A DNA stretch of 64,000 bases. Origin: an uncultured delta proteobacterium (GTDB lineage: Bacteria; Desulfobacterota; Desulfomonilia; Desulfomonilales; Desulfomonilaceae). Where the stretch lies: NCBI GenBank assembly GCA_963789265.1, contig CAWBKB010000003.1, positions 96,001 to 160,000 on the forward strand. The letters run 5' to 3'. The notes below the pieces were generated by a model. The model was not told where the DNA came from, did no database searches, and saw only the letters and a list, made by a program, of their open reading frames with translations. The translations under genes and the position numbers were made by a program. Shown here in pieces: positions 48,929 through 59,883 of the stretch; the stretch's first letter is position 1, and each line of letters opens with the position of its first letter.

Positions 48929-51592
48929 TCAAAAGAGTTGACCCATCGCAAAGGCAAAAGCGCCGGGTTCTTCGCCCGGCAATGGATTGACCTTCCATCC
49001 GTACTCAATTCGGAGAGGTCCCATTGGCGACACCCACCGAATCCCCACCCCTACCCCTGCTTTGACGTTCGTCAACAGGGGGCTGTCTGAGGAGTTCCAT
49101 GCATTCCCCGCGTCAAAGAAGACTACCCCGTTGAGCTTGAGTTGAGTAACAAGTGGGAACAGGCATTCAACATTAGAGCATAAAGACCTATCTCCGCCCA
49201 TCAGATTACCGTATCGGTCCCTCGGACCTATCTCGCTAGGATGGTACCCTCTTATACTCTGGATGCCGCCCAACAAAAGCCGGCGGTCGAACGGTATGGG
49301 ATTGTTCCCTACTTCTTGCAGCAATGTTCCGGTCCCACGGATCTTCAGGATTGCCCGCCAGAACAACTGATGGTAGTAGGTCGCTTCAGTAAAATAGCTG
49401 GCAAATGTCACGTCTCCGCCCAAACCTGAATAGCGGGATCCCAGGGAAATCCTCGACCCGGCGGTGGGTATCACCGTGTTGTTACGCGTATCCCTGTTGA
49501 AGTTTACCGATAGGGCATTCTCAGTGAGATTTGTGAACTTCTCAGCATTAGTGCCATAGTGCTTGTAATAGTCCACAACAGATCGGGCAAAGACGCGTTG
49601 CATCCCGCTGAGTTTGCTGGAATCATGACCCAACCCTGTCGTCATGCTCCACAGGCCGAAAAACGGATAAGCCAAATGCACGCTGAAACCGTCGCTGTCC
49701 CTAATGTAATTACCTTCGTTCGAACGAGATCTGTAGCCGCGTATAGTCCCGCTGAGCGGTAGGTCATAAATCCAAGGATAGGTCAGGGATCCTTCATAGG
49801 TGTTGCGGCGTCCCGACAAGTTTGCCTTGACGTTGGTGACAATAGCCATCCCGAACAGATTTCTTTCCTTGAGCTCCATATTCCCCATAGCTCCCTCTTG
49901 AGAAGAATATCCGAGCCCTGCGGAGAGCGATCCGGTCTTTTTTTCCATGACCTCAACAGTCAGGTTCATCAAGTCGGGTTTGGAGCCGGGAGAGGTTTTG
50001 AGTCGAACAGCTTCGAAGAAATCCATTCCTTCGAGCCTTTTCTTAGTGGCCTCGATCCTGTCTGCGTTGTAGAGATCACCTTCACCTATTGCCAGGGAAC
50101 GCCGAATAATCTTGTCGCGCGTTCGGTCATTCCCGACAATGTCGATCTTTTCGATAGATACGCGCTGCCCTTTATTGATCTTGTAGGTCAGATCCAGGAA
50201 TTTGTACCGGTCGTTCATGCGCTGGACAGGCGCGACGTCTGCATACGCGTAACCCAGATTGTTGTAGAGTTTGGTCAGGTCCTTAATGTCGTCGGCCACC
50301 AGGGACCTTTTGAACCACGATTTGGGTTTTACTTTCAGTGCCGCGATCAGCTTCTCAGGAGGCGCCACGAGATCCCCTTCGACTTTAACTTTTCTGACCT
50401 GATAACGATCACCTTCGCGAATGGGATAAGCGACCTTGACGGACCCATCATGAATGTCAACGCGCGGGGCACCGACCTGAACGTTGATGAACCCATGGTC
50501 GAGGTAGTACGCAATGAGCCGCATTCTATTTTCGTCGAGCTTCTCTCTGGTAAAGGACCCCGACTGATCCAAAAACCAGAACCAGCCCTTCTCCTTTACG
50601 GTTATTATCTTTTTAAGGTCTTTTTCCGGAATGCTTTTTCTGCCCTCGAAGACCAGATCCGTGAGAAAGGCTTTCTGGCCTTCGTCGATCTTGAAGATCA
50701 GATTGGCTTCACTTGGGGAAAGCTCCTTAATTTCGTAGGCGATCTTGGGCTGGTAGTATCCGTGTTTCTCGTACATCTTCTTCATCTTGGCAATGTCGTC
50801 ACGGATTTTCCCAACACTTGCCACTGAAAAAGACTTGGTGGTCAGCGCGTCGATAAGTTCGTCTCGGGAGAAGACCTTATTCCCCTGAAACTTGATCTTC
50901 TTTATAGAGGGGCGTTCCTTCAGGGTGATGTGGAGATCCACCTCGCCCTGCGCAACATCGTCGGCCCGAATCTGGACGTCGTCGAAATAGCCCATGCCGT
51001 AAATCTCCCGGATTTCATCACCTATAGCGGATTTGCGAAAGGGGCTCCCGGGCTTCAGGTCCAATTTGTTCAGAATCGCTTCTTTTTGCACCCTCTTGTT
51101 ACCCTCTACCTGAATTTCATGGATTTTGGGCCTGTTGAGGGTGACATTTCCGATTTCAAGAGCCAGATCTTTCATTCGCGCGACAAGGCCTTGTTCGTCC
51201 TTTCCGTCGGCCGAGAAACGATGGGGCTTTTGCGGCTGGTCCGTTTGTACCGTCCACACTTCGAGGGAGTAGCCGTCCTCCAGCTTGGAAACCGTCCCCC
51301 ACAAAGCCGCGTAGCAATCGAGCCTACCGGCCACTCTGGCAACACGCGTGGGATCGACTTTCTTTGCCCGCATAATCGGGGCAAAAGTTGTGCCGGGGAC
51401 GATCTCCACATCACCTTCGCTCGCCAATTCCGCGCCGAGCTGACTAGCCACTTCATTGCTGAACGTTTCCCCCACCTCTTTGCTAGCCATCTTGAATGGG
51501 AAGATCATGATCTTCTTGAATTTGGCCTCTTCCGCTGACGAAACCAAGGGAATTACCAGCAGAACGGCCATTATGGGCAAGAGCTTCTTCAT
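48929..51592 (-). CDS. bamA: Outer membrane protein assembly factor
   Basis: POTRA repeats, SIRGY, GIRWVSPMGPLR, C-terminal Phe. Confidence 0.95.
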   Translation of the reverse strand: MKKLLPIMAVLLVIPLVSSAEEAKFKKIMIFPFKMASKEVGETFSNEVASQLGAELASEGDVEIVPGTTFAPIMRAKKVDPTRVARVAGRLDCYAALWGTVSKLEDGYSLEVWTVQTDQPQKPHRFSADGKDEQGLVARMKDLALEIGNVTLNRPKIHEIQVEGNKRVQKEAILNKLDLKPGSPFRKSAIGDEIREIYGMGYFDDVQIRADDVAQGEVDLHITLKERPSIKKIKFQGNKVFSRDELIDALTTKSFSVASVGKIRDDIAKMKKMYEKHGYYQPKIAYEIKELSPSEANLIFKIDEGQKAFLTDLVFEGRKSIPEKDLKKIITVKEKGWFWFLDQSGSFTREKLDENRMRLIAYYLDHGFINVQVGAPRVDIHDGSVKVAYPIREGDRYQVRKVKVEGDLVAPPEKLIAALKVKPKSWFKRSLVADDIKDLTKLYNNLGYAYADVAPVQRMNDRYKFLDLTYKINKGQRVSIEKIDIVGNDRTRDKIIRRSLAIGEGDLYNADRIEATKKRLEGMDFFEAVRLKTSPGSKPDLMNLTVEVMEKKTGSLSAGLGYSSQEGAMGNMELKERNLFGMAIVTNVKANLSGRRNTYEGSLTYPWIYDLPLSGTIRGYRSRSNEGNYIRDSDGFSVHLAYPFFGLWSMTTGLGHDSSKLSGMQRVFARSVVDYYKHYGTNAEKFTNLTENALSVNFNRDTRNNTVIPTAGSRISLGSRYSGLGGDVTFASYFTEATYYHQLFWRAILKIRGTGTLLQEVGNNPIPFDRRLLLGGIQSIRGYHPSEIGPRDRYGNLMGGDRSLCSNVECLFPLVTQLKLNGVVFFDAGNAWNSSDSPLLTNVKAGVGVGIRWVSPMGPLRIEYGWKVNPLPGEEPGAFAFAMGQLF

Positions 51593-52276
51593 CGAAGCTC
51601 CTCCAGTTTGCCGCCCACTAATGCCACTCTCCTGTCCATGGTTTTGGACAACGATTCTTTGTGCGTGACTACGATCAGCGTAGTCTCTAGTGAACGGTTC
51701 AGATCTTTCATGAGGACCTCGACCTCTTCTCCAGTGTCAGGATCAAGGTTTCCCGTGGGTTCATCAGCCAGCAGGACCTCCGGGCGCATGACAAGCGCTC
51801 GAGCTATTGCCACTCTCTGCTGTTCGCCTCCGGATAGTTCACCCGGTCGATGGCTGGCTCTATCGGCCAACCCGACGTCCTCGAGCAGTTGAAGAGCTCT
51901 CTTTCTAAGATCTCTTCTCGGTTCACCTGCTATCAAACCCGGCATGGCGACATTTTCCAGTGCAGAAAACTCCGGAAGAAGCTGAAAAAACTGAAATACG
52001 TAGCCTATCCGTTTGTTTCTAATGAGGGCTCGATTAGTATCGCCAAGCTGGAGAATATCAACTCCGCCCAGAAGCAAAGTGCCGCTAACCGGTCTGTCCA
52101 GGAGACCCAGTATATGAAGAAATGTACTCTTTCCCGACCCCGGACGGACCTGTAACAGCCACGGTTTCTCCGGATCGGACGCAAAAGTTTATCCCGCGCA
52201 GGACCTCAACTTTCTTCGTCCCGTTGGAGTAGCTCATCCAAAGGTCCCTTACTTCATATAACCAAGGACTACTCAT
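51589..52276 (-). CDS. lolD: Lipoprotein-releasing ABC ATPase, one frameshift near 52130
   Basis: GPSGVG then KST is restored by removing one A; LSGGEQQRVAIARAL, ADEPTGNLD. Confidence 0.9.
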
Positions 52277-53504
52277 ATCGGAGCGCCTCCACCGGCTCGA
52301 GGCGGGCTGCTCGCAGGGACGGGTACAGCGTGGCAAGAAAGCAAATGGTAAGAGCCACCACACATATTATGATCACGTCCGAAGCTTCAATATGCACCGG
52401 AAGGGTGGATATGGTGTAGATATCTTTCGGAAGCGCAATGATCGGATATCGCGTCAAGAGGGCCGATCCAACAATGCCGCCGACTGCGCCGAGAAATGTA
52501 CCTACGACACCCACGACCATGCCCTGCACGATGAAGATCCGCATTATCCGGTCCGACGTCGCCCCGAGCGCCTTCAGAACAGCTATATCGCGGCTCTTCT
52601 CCATCACCAGCATGATGAGGGATATAATGATGTTGAAGGCCGCAACGAGGACTATGAAGGTCAGGATGATGAACATAGCGATCTTCTCGAGCTTCAGGGC
52701 GCTGAAAAGGTTTCGGTACATGTCTTTCCAGGACCTGGTCCAAAATGCGGCCCCCAACGACGCCTCGATTCGGTTTCCCAACTTGGGAGCGCTGTAGATA
52801 TCCTTGAGATATACCTCTATTCCGGTAACCCCCTGGCCCATCTCGAAGAACTTCTGAGCCTGGCCCAGTTCCATGTATACGAGGTTCGAATCGAATTCGT
52901 ACATGCCGGACTCGAAGATTCCGACAATCCTGAAATTGCGGACCTGGGGCACGGCTCCGATCGGCGTTCTCTTGCCCAGAGGAGAGATCATCTGGACCAC
53001 GTCCCCAACGCGCAAAGAATTGAGCAGCGCCAATTCCTTTCCTATAATTAGGCCGCCCAACCCGTTGGTCGCCGAGGCCAGACTATCGAGGGAACCTTGA
53101 ATGAGATATTTGGGCAGTGAGATGACCTTTCCAGCAGTTCGGATATCTATACCACGAACGATGACTCCTCGCACCCTGCCGTGGGTCGAGATCATAGCCT
53201 GGCCGTAGACGTAAGGGGTCGTGGCCTCCACTCCGTCGAAAAGCTTGATCCGATCCATTATGCGAGGCCATCCTGTAAGCATACGGTTCGAATGGCTCAT
53301 GACGACAAGATGTGACACGGTTCCCAGGATCTTGTCTGTCAGGTCTTTCTCGAAGCCGTTCATAACGCCGAGGACGATTATGAGGGTCATGACTCCCAGC
53401 ATAACGCCCAACACGCTGAAGGCGCTTATCACGGAAATAAAGGCCTGCTTGCGTTTGGCTCTTATGTAGCGCAGACCAATGCTGATCTCGAAAGGTAAAT
53501 TCAT
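52269..53504 (-). CDS. lolE: Lipoprotein-releasing ABC permease LolC/E
   Basis: [34 protein letters not shown]. Confidence 0.93.
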   Translation of the reverse strand: MNLPFEISIGLRYIRAKRKQAFISVISAFSVLGVMLGVMTLIIVLGVMNGFEKDLTDKILGTVSHLVVMSHSNRMLTGWPRIMDRIKLFDGVEATTPYVYGQAMISTHGRVRGVIVRGIDIRTAGKVISLPKYLIQGSLDSLASATNGLGGLIIGKELALLNSLRVGDVVQMISPLGKRTPIGAVPQVRNFRIVGIFESGMYEFDSNLVYMELGQAQKFFEMGQGVTGIEVYLKDIYSAPKLGNRIEASLGAAFWTRSWKDMYRNLFSALKLEKIAMFIILTFIVLVAAFNIIISLIMLVMEKSRDIAVLKALGATSDRIMRIFIVQGMVVGVVGTFLGAVGGIVGSALLTRYPIIALPKDIYTISTLPVHIEASDVIIICVVALTICFLATLYPSLRAARLEPVEALRYE

Positions 53505-55013
53505 CCGATCCCTTTTTCCGGCCTCATGTGGGGGAACAGAATCACCTCTCTGATCGATTGGGAATCTGTCAGGAGCATTACGAGCCTGTCTATTCCGATG
53601 CCCTCTCCTGCTGCCGGAGGCATTCCATACTCCAGAGCCCTGAGAAAATCCTCATCCAAGAAATGGGCCTCTTCATCTCCCGATGCCCTGGCCTGCACCT
53701 GCTCTTCAAACCGCCTACGTTGGTCCAAAGGATCGGTGAGTTCGGTGAATGCATTGGCCATTTCCCTTCCGCAGACGTAAAGCTCGAATCGATCGGTAAC
53801 AGTGGGGTCTTCGTCATTGCGCCGTGCCAAAGGAGAGACCTCCACAGGGTATTTATGGATAAATATGGGACCCCAGAGTTTTTCTTCCACGACCAGGTCG
53901 AAAAGCTCCGTCCAAAGCTTTCCGAGCGAGTCGTTCTTATCCACATCAAGACCCATTTCTATTGCTTTGATAAAAACCGCGTTGCGATCGTCGATCTGGT
54001 CCGAGTCCAAACCGGAATACCGCAGAAGGGCTTCTCTGACCGTCATCTTTGGCCAAGGCGGGGTCATATCTACAACACGTCCACCATACTGAAGCTTGAA
54101 GCTGCCCGTAACGTCCTTGGCAAGCTCAGACAGCATCTCCTCGGTCATGGACATCAGGTCTTTGTAAGTACTGAAAGGCCTGGTAGAACTCCAGCATGGT
54201 GAATTCCGGATTGTGTTGAGTTGAAATCCCTTCGTTCCTGAAATTCCTATTTATTTCGAAAACCCTATCAAAACCGCCGACAAGGAGTCTTTTGAGATAG
54301 AGTTCAGGGGCTATTCTCAGATACAGTCCACGATTTAGGGCGTGATGAAACGTCTCGAAAGGTTTGGCAGTTGCGCCGCCGGGAATGGTCTGCATCATCG
54401 GGGTTTCGACTTCCAGGAAGTTGCGGGCGCTGAGATACTTCCTGAGATACCCTATGATGTTGCATCTTTGCCTGACCAGTTCCCTGGCCGCCGGATTGAC
54501 TATCAGGTCGAGGTACCGCTGTCTGTATCGGGTTTCAACGTCAGATAACCCGTGCCATTTTTCCGGGAGGGGCCTCAAGGACTTAGTCAGTATGCTAATG
54601 GAGTCTGCCAGGAGGCTCAACTCTCCCGTGCGAGTTCTGAACGGCCGTCCGCGTATCCCGATGATGTCTCCGATGTCCAGCTTCTTCACCAGCTTGTAAG
54701 TTTCCACTCCCAGCGCATCGCGAGCCAGGTAAGCCTGAAAATCGCCCGATTCGTCCCTCAGTTGGAGGAACGAGGCCTTACCGAGAATGCGCAATGCCAT
54801 TATTCGTCCAGCCATATTAAGCGGATCAGCCAGAAGTTCCTGATCATCCACTTGCTCAAACCTTTGTTTGAACATGGCGGAATTGATATCGGGAACAAAG
54901 CCCGTGGTGAATGGAGACACACCCAACTCTTCCAATTCCTTTATTTTGCGGAGCCTTGCCTCCGTAAGGACGGAAGCATGCGGCAATTTGGTTTTTGAAG
55001 AAGGCTCGGACAA
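53501..55013 (-). CDS. lysS: Lysine--tRNA ligase (class II), one frameshift near 54175
   Basis: [55 protein letters not shown]; halves join by removing one T. Confidence 0.95.
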
Positions 55014-55447
55014 AATTTGGGGTCTCCTTGCAATTTTCCAAAATCAGACCGGGGTTTTATCCCTTTTCCCTATGAAAGTCAAGCCTGTCGCCCTCTCGGG
55101 AACACGTCCTCCATTAAGATACCGACAAGCCGTGTGCGGCGTCTGAAATCAACTCTCTTGGCGAAGAGTGCTACAACGAAACATGAAAATACACTGATTG
55201 CGACCGGAAATCCCGCGTTCCTCGCGGGACGGCCCTGCCGGCGTTTTCATAGAAGCGCTCTTCGAAACGAACCCGGGCTTGTCGCACCGGATTTGCCGCG
55301 TCCGATGGATCTTCCCCGATGCGAACGCCACGCCCGGCGCGAGGTTGACTGTGCTCGGGGGACCCTTCGACTTAATAGCAAGTCTTGCCGGCATGCGGGA
55401 TTACTTATTTGGGAGCACATTTTTCTGAAAATCCCGCGAAAGATGTC

Positions 55448-55474
55448 AAAAAAAAAGAGGCATTCTCAGCCTCT
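55448..55474 (-). terminator. Intrinsic terminator after pilC
   Basis: Minus strand AGAGGC-TGAGAAT-GCCTCT followed by a T run of about 9. Confidence 0.7.
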
Positions 55475-55534
55475 CCACTCTCCTCCGCCGAGTCTAAACC
55501 CTAGTGACCTCTATAAAGCGATTTGACCGCCAGC

Positions 55535-56749
55535 TCAGTGTCCGGCCATTACGCCCGCCATTGAGAATACGGGCAGGTACATCGCTATTACCATTCCGCC
55601 GCACACCCCGCCGAGGAACACGATCATAATCGGTTCCATCAATTGGGTGAGGGCGTCCACCGCGGCATCCACCTCTTCATCATAGAATTCCGAAATCTTG
55701 GCCAGCATGGCGTCAAGAGCCCCCGTGGCCTCTCCTACGGCGATCATTCGGACAACCATTCCAGGAAAGACACGTGTTTCCATAAGAGGTTCCGCGATTG
55801 TTCGCCCCTCGGCAATAGCGGTTCTGGTGTTCATGATGGCTGTCTCAATGACAACATTCCCCGCTGTCCTGGCAGTAATTTCCAGTGCATCCAAGATCGG
55901 TACGCCGCTTGAGATCATGGTACCAAGTGTAGAACAGAAGCGGGCCACAGCCACCTTCTTCAGTAGTAGGCCAATGACTGGGGCCCTGAGGGACACACTG
56001 TCCACCATGAACCTACCCTTTTCGGTTTGGTAGAACTTGCGGAACGCGAAAACGGCAATGCCCGCCAGCACGATCATGTGGATAATGTACCTTTGCAGAA
56101 AGTTGCTCATTGCTAATACCAGCAACGTTGGACCCGGTAACTTTTGACCTGCCCCTTCGAACATTTCTTTGAAGACCGGAATAACGAAGACGAGAAGGAT
56201 GACAACAACGCCTACGGCAATGGTAATGACCACAGCGGGGTATATCATCGCTCCCTTTACTTTCCGCTTTAATGCTTCCGATTTTTCAAGGAATACTGCG
56301 AGCCTTCTGAGAATAGTGTCGAGAATACCTCCTGTCTCGCCTGCATGCACGAGATTGACAAAGAGGTCGTCAAAAACCTTCGGGTGATTCTTCAAGGCGT
56401 CCGCGAAAGTGCTTCCACCTTCCACACTGGCCTTAACCGATGTGAGAACCTTCTTGAAGGTTTTATTCTCCTGCTGGCTGGCCAGAATTTCAAGACATTG
56501 GACCAGCGGGAGACCGGCATCAATCATTGTCGCGAATTGACGAGTGAAGATGACGACGTCCTTGGTAGTGACCTTTGGCTGGAAAAACTCGATATTTGCA
56601 AGGAGGTCCTTTGGCTTCTTTTTGACCTTTATGTCGGTGTAATTCATCTTGCGCAATTTTGTGATTACGACCGACTCATTTACCTCCTCCATCTCGTCAT
56701 TAACTATATTTCCTGCTGGGGACCTAGCTTTCCAAACGTATTCAGGCAT
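55535..56749 (-). CDS. pilC: Type IV pilus platform protein
   Basis: FTRQFATMIDAGLPL, AGETGG, GEATGALD, MYLPVF. Confidence 0.95.
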   Translation of the reverse strand: MPEYVWKARSPAGNIVNDEMEEVNESVVITKLRKMNYTDIKVKKKPKDLLANIEFFQPKVTTKDVVIFTRQFATMIDAGLPLVQCLEILASQQENKTFKKVLTSVKASVEGGSTFADALKNHPKVFDDLFVNLVHAGETGGILDTILRRLAVFLEKSEALKRKVKGAMIYPAVVITIAVGVVVILLVFVIPVFKEMFEGAGQKLPGPTLLVLAMSNFLQRYIIHMIVLAGIAVFAFRKFYQTEKGRFMVDSVSLRAPVIGLLLKKVAVARFCSTLGTMISSGVPILDALEITARTAGNVVIETAIMNTRTAIAEGRTIAEPLMETRVFPGMVVRMIAVGEATGALDAMLAKISEFYDEEVDAAVDALTQLMEPIMIVFLGGVCGGMVIAMYLPVFSMAGVMAGH

Positions 56750-56800
56750 TAGGGATTCTCCTCTGGATCCAAAGCGTGCTCAAGCTACCCCAAAATGTGC

Positions 56801-57898
56801 TCATCCGGGCCTTATTCCTTTCTTCACAGATTTACCCATGCCGCCCATCATCTGTTTCAACTCGTCGGGATCCAGCGATCGTGACATGGCGTCATCAAAT
56901 GAGATAACTCTCCTCTGATAGAGGCTCAAGAGAGACTGGTTCATCGTTTGCATCCCGGATTTTGCCTGACCTACTTGAATCTGTGAGTAGATCTGGTGAA
57001 CTTTGTCTTCTCTGATAAGGTTCCTTATGGCTGCATTAGGCACCATGATCTCGAGCGAAAGCGCTCGCCCCCTACCGTCCATGGTCGGAATAAGGCCCTG
57101 GCACAAAACACCTTCCAAGACGAAGCTTAGCTGAGCACGAACCTGCGGTTGCTGGTGCGCGGGAAATACATCGATGACCCGGTTGATCGTCTGAACACAC
57201 GAGTTCGTGTGAAGCGTTCCAAAGGTAAGATGACCTGTCTCAGACACAGTCAGCGCCGCTTCTATCGTTTCCAAGTCTCTCATTTCGCCTATCAGAACAA
57301 CGTCCGGGTCCTGCCGCAGGATAGTACGAAGCGCCGAATGAAACCCTTTCGTATCCTGATGCACCTCTCGCTGATTCACTATGCAGGACTTGTGCTGATG
57401 CGTGAACTCGATTGGATCTTCGATAGTTATAATGTGTTCGCGGCGGTCGGTATTGATTTTGTCGATCATCGAGGCCAGCGTGGTTGATTTCCCAGACCCG
57501 GTCGGCCCGGTCACTAATATGAGGCCACGAGGCCTGGAACACAGCTCACTTACTATCGGCGGAAGCCCCAACTCCTGAAAGGACCGGATCTGGTAGGGTA
57601 TCAGCCGGAACGCTCCAGCCAGGGCCCCCCGTTGCATGAAAATATTGGCTCTGAACCTACTCAACCCACGGACCCCAAATGAGAGGTCCAGTTCCTGGTC
57701 CTCCTCAAAACGATGCTTCTGGGAATCAGTCAGGACGCTGTAACACAGTTGCCTCGTGTCCTGGGGCTTTAGAGGCGGGTACTCCAGAGGGATAAGCTCG
57801 CCCCGGATCCGAATCATTGGAGGGACTCCGGGAGTAATATGTAGGTCCGAAGCGCCGCGTTCCACCATCTCTTTGAGAAAATCGTGAAGGCTTGCCAA
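56801..57898 (-). CDS. pilT: Type IV pilus retraction ATPase (probable TTG start at 57898)
   Basis: ASDLH, GPTGSGKSTT, EDPIE, LRQDPD, AIRNLIRE. Confidence 0.95.
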   Translation of the reverse strand: MASLHDFLKEMVERGASDLHITPGVPPMIRIRGELIPLEYPPLKPQDTRQLCYSVLTDSQKHRFEEDQELDLSFGVRGLSRFRANIFMQRGALAGAFRLIPYQIRSFQELGLPPIVSELCSRPRGLILVTGPTGSGKSTTLASMIDKINTDRREHIITIEDPIEFTHQHKSCIVNQREVHQDTKGFHSALRTILRQDPDVVLIGEMRDLETIEAALTVSETGHLTFGTLHTNSCVQTINRVIDVFPAHQQPQVRAQLSFVLEGVLCQGLIPTMDGRGRALSLEIMVPNAAIRNLIREDKVHQIYSQIQVGQAKSGMQTMNQSLLSLYQRRVISFDDAMSRSLDPDELKQMMGGMGKSVKKGIRPG

Positions 57899-58009
57899 AA
57901 CTTGATTCCTTTCCGCAAAAAATCCGGCATGAACGGAAATATCCGATGATGTCGATCCGGAAATCCAGGAATATGACCTGGCTGATGTATAAGGAGGCGA
58001 CACTCAGTT

Positions 58010-59707
58010 TTAGTCGGCCATGGTCGACCGCGCCACCTCATTGATAGTGGTAATTCCTTCTTTCAACTTGTTGACGCCGGCCGTGCGCAGGGTGTCCATT
58101 CCCAAGCGAATAGCCTCTCTCTTTATTTCCATTGCAGATGCGCCTGCAAGGACAAGCTCTTTAATCTCGTCGGTAATAGGCATCACCTCGTAGAGGGCAA
58201 TACGCCCCTTGAATCCGGTATTGCTGCATGACATGCATCCTGTGCCCTGATATACAGGAAAAGTTCCTATCTCCTCCATCTTGACGCCGAGATCGCGTAG
58301 GGCCTCTGCCGACGGATCGATTTCCACTTTGCAGTTGGTACATATTCTTCGTGCCAGCCTCTGGGCAATGATTGCATTCACCGAACTTGCCACCAGAAAT
58401 GGTTCTATGCCCATGTTCAAGAGTCTGTTTATGGTCTGCGGGGCATCATTAGTGTGAAGAGTGGAGAGGACGAGGTGGCCGGTGAGGGCTGCTTTGACCG
58501 CTATCTCGGCAGTCTCGAAATCGCGTATTTCCCCAACCATTATTATGTCCGGGTCCTGCCGGAGAAACGATCTGAGAGCCGATGCGAAGGTCAGTCCAAT
58601 CTCTTCATGCATCTGGACCTGGTTAATACCGTGGAGGTTAAACTCTATGGGGTCTTCCGCAGTCGATAAATTCACCTCGGGAGAGTTTAGCTCTGAAAGA
58701 GCGCTATAAAGCGTGGTAGTTTTTCCTGAACCGGTTGGCCCGGTGACAAGCACCATCCCGAAGGGCTTATGGATGGCATCCTTGAACCCCTTCAAAGGCT
58801 TTTCTTCAAAACCGAGTTTCGTCATGTCGAGCTGCAATGTTGACTTGTCCAGCAGACGCATGACCACTTTTTCACCATACAGAGTCGGCAAGATCGAGAC
58901 ACGGAAGTCCATGTCCCGACCCTTCCCGAGTTTAAGTTTTATGCGACCATCCTGAGGGAGGCGCCGCTCCGCAATATCCAGCCTTGACATAATCTTGATA
59001 CGGCTGACTACAGGAGCTTTAAGTTTTAGAGGCGGCTTCATGATCTCATACAGCGCCCCATCAACGCGAAGCCGTATTCGCAGAATCTTTTCATAGGGTT
59101 CTATGTGGATGTCGCTGGCCTTCCTGGAAATGGCCTCGCGCAAGATATGATTTACCAGCTTAACTACGGGTGCCTCTTCAGCTAGCTTCGCGGCGTCAGT
59201 TACATCGAGATCGGAAACCTCCGAAGCAAGAGACTCCAGATCATCATCCTGGAATTCTTCGAGAATATCGTTAACGCTGGCACCCGTGTCATAATAGATG
59301 TCCAGTGCTTTTCTGATTTGCGATTCCGCGGCTATACTCACTTCCACGGAGAGGCCTGTCAGGAACTTGATATCGTCTATGGCGCTGTAGTCAGTTGGAT
59401 CAGCCATGGCCACATAGATGGAGGAGTTCACCTGGCTGTACGGTATGGCCATGTACTTCTGGGCCTTTTGTGCCGTAATCAACTTAACTGCATCGGGGTC
59501 TACGTCAATTTCATCCAAAGAAACGGTGGACAATCCAAGCTGTCTTGAGAGGTGTTCTACCAAGTCGTCTTCATTGAGGTACTTCAACTGGAGAAGGGCG
59601 CTGTAGACCTTCCCTCCCTGATTACGCTGATGATCAATCGCGCTCTCAAGCTTCTCTTCATCTATGATCCCGGCTCTCAGGAGCATTTCGCCTATTCGAT
59701 CTTTCAT
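58010..59707 (-). CDS. pilB: Type IV pilus extension ATPase
   Basis: N-terminal RIGEMLLRAGII (MshEN-like), ASDIHIEP, GPTGSGKTTT, tetracysteine Zn site. Confidence 0.95.
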   Translation of the reverse strand: MKDRIGEMLLRAGIIDEEKLESAIDHQRNQGGKVYSALLQLKYLNEDDLVEHLSRQLGLSTVSLDEIDVDPDAVKLITAQKAQKYMAIPYSQVNSSIYVAMADPTDYSAIDDIKFLTGLSVEVSIAAESQIRKALDIYYDTGASVNDILEEFQDDDLESLASEVSDLDVTDAAKLAEEAPVVKLVNHILREAISRKASDIHIEPYEKILRIRLRVDGALYEIMKPPLKLKAPVVSRIKIMSRLDIAERRLPQDGRIKLKLGKGRDMDFRVSILPTLYGEKVVMRLLDKSTLQLDMTKLGFEEKPLKGFKDAIHKPFGMVLVTGPTGSGKTTTLYSALSELNSPEVNLSTAEDPIEFNLHGINQVQMHEEIGLTFASALRSFLRQDPDIIMVGEIRDFETAEIAVKAALTGHLVLSTLHTNDAPQTINRLLNMGIEPFLVASSVNAIIAQRLARRICTNCKVEIDPSAEALRDLGVKMEEIGTFPVYQGTGCMSCSNTGFKGRIALYEVMPITDEIKELVLAGASAMEIKREAIRLGMDTLRTAGVNKLKEGITTINEVARSTMAD

Positions 59708-59883
59708 GGTCAGCTTGATGTATCCCTTGGATTATTCTTGAATTCGCGAGCAGTGAGCATTTGAGTCCACTGTTTATATTACCGCGTGCCCCGACTTTTT
59801 TCAAAAGTTTTTTCTTGTGATTTCAAGTAGGCTGCGGGATAATTTTTGAAATTCTCATCTAAAAACCTTGAGGTACATAACCC

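Noticed and set aside
49898..51538. Long antisense ORFs over bamA (also over tkt, psrA, thiL, lpxI)
   Set aside because: Shadow ORFs of well-supported genes on the opposite strand
53501..55013. lysS, lolD or purF as pseudogenes or programmed frameshifts
   Set aside because: Housekeeping genes with intact motifs and no shared slippery site or stimulator; a window-wide indel pattern explains them
57899..58003. N-terminal extension of pilT
   Set aside because: The PilT-like sequence and an AAGGA RBS point to the TTG at 57898
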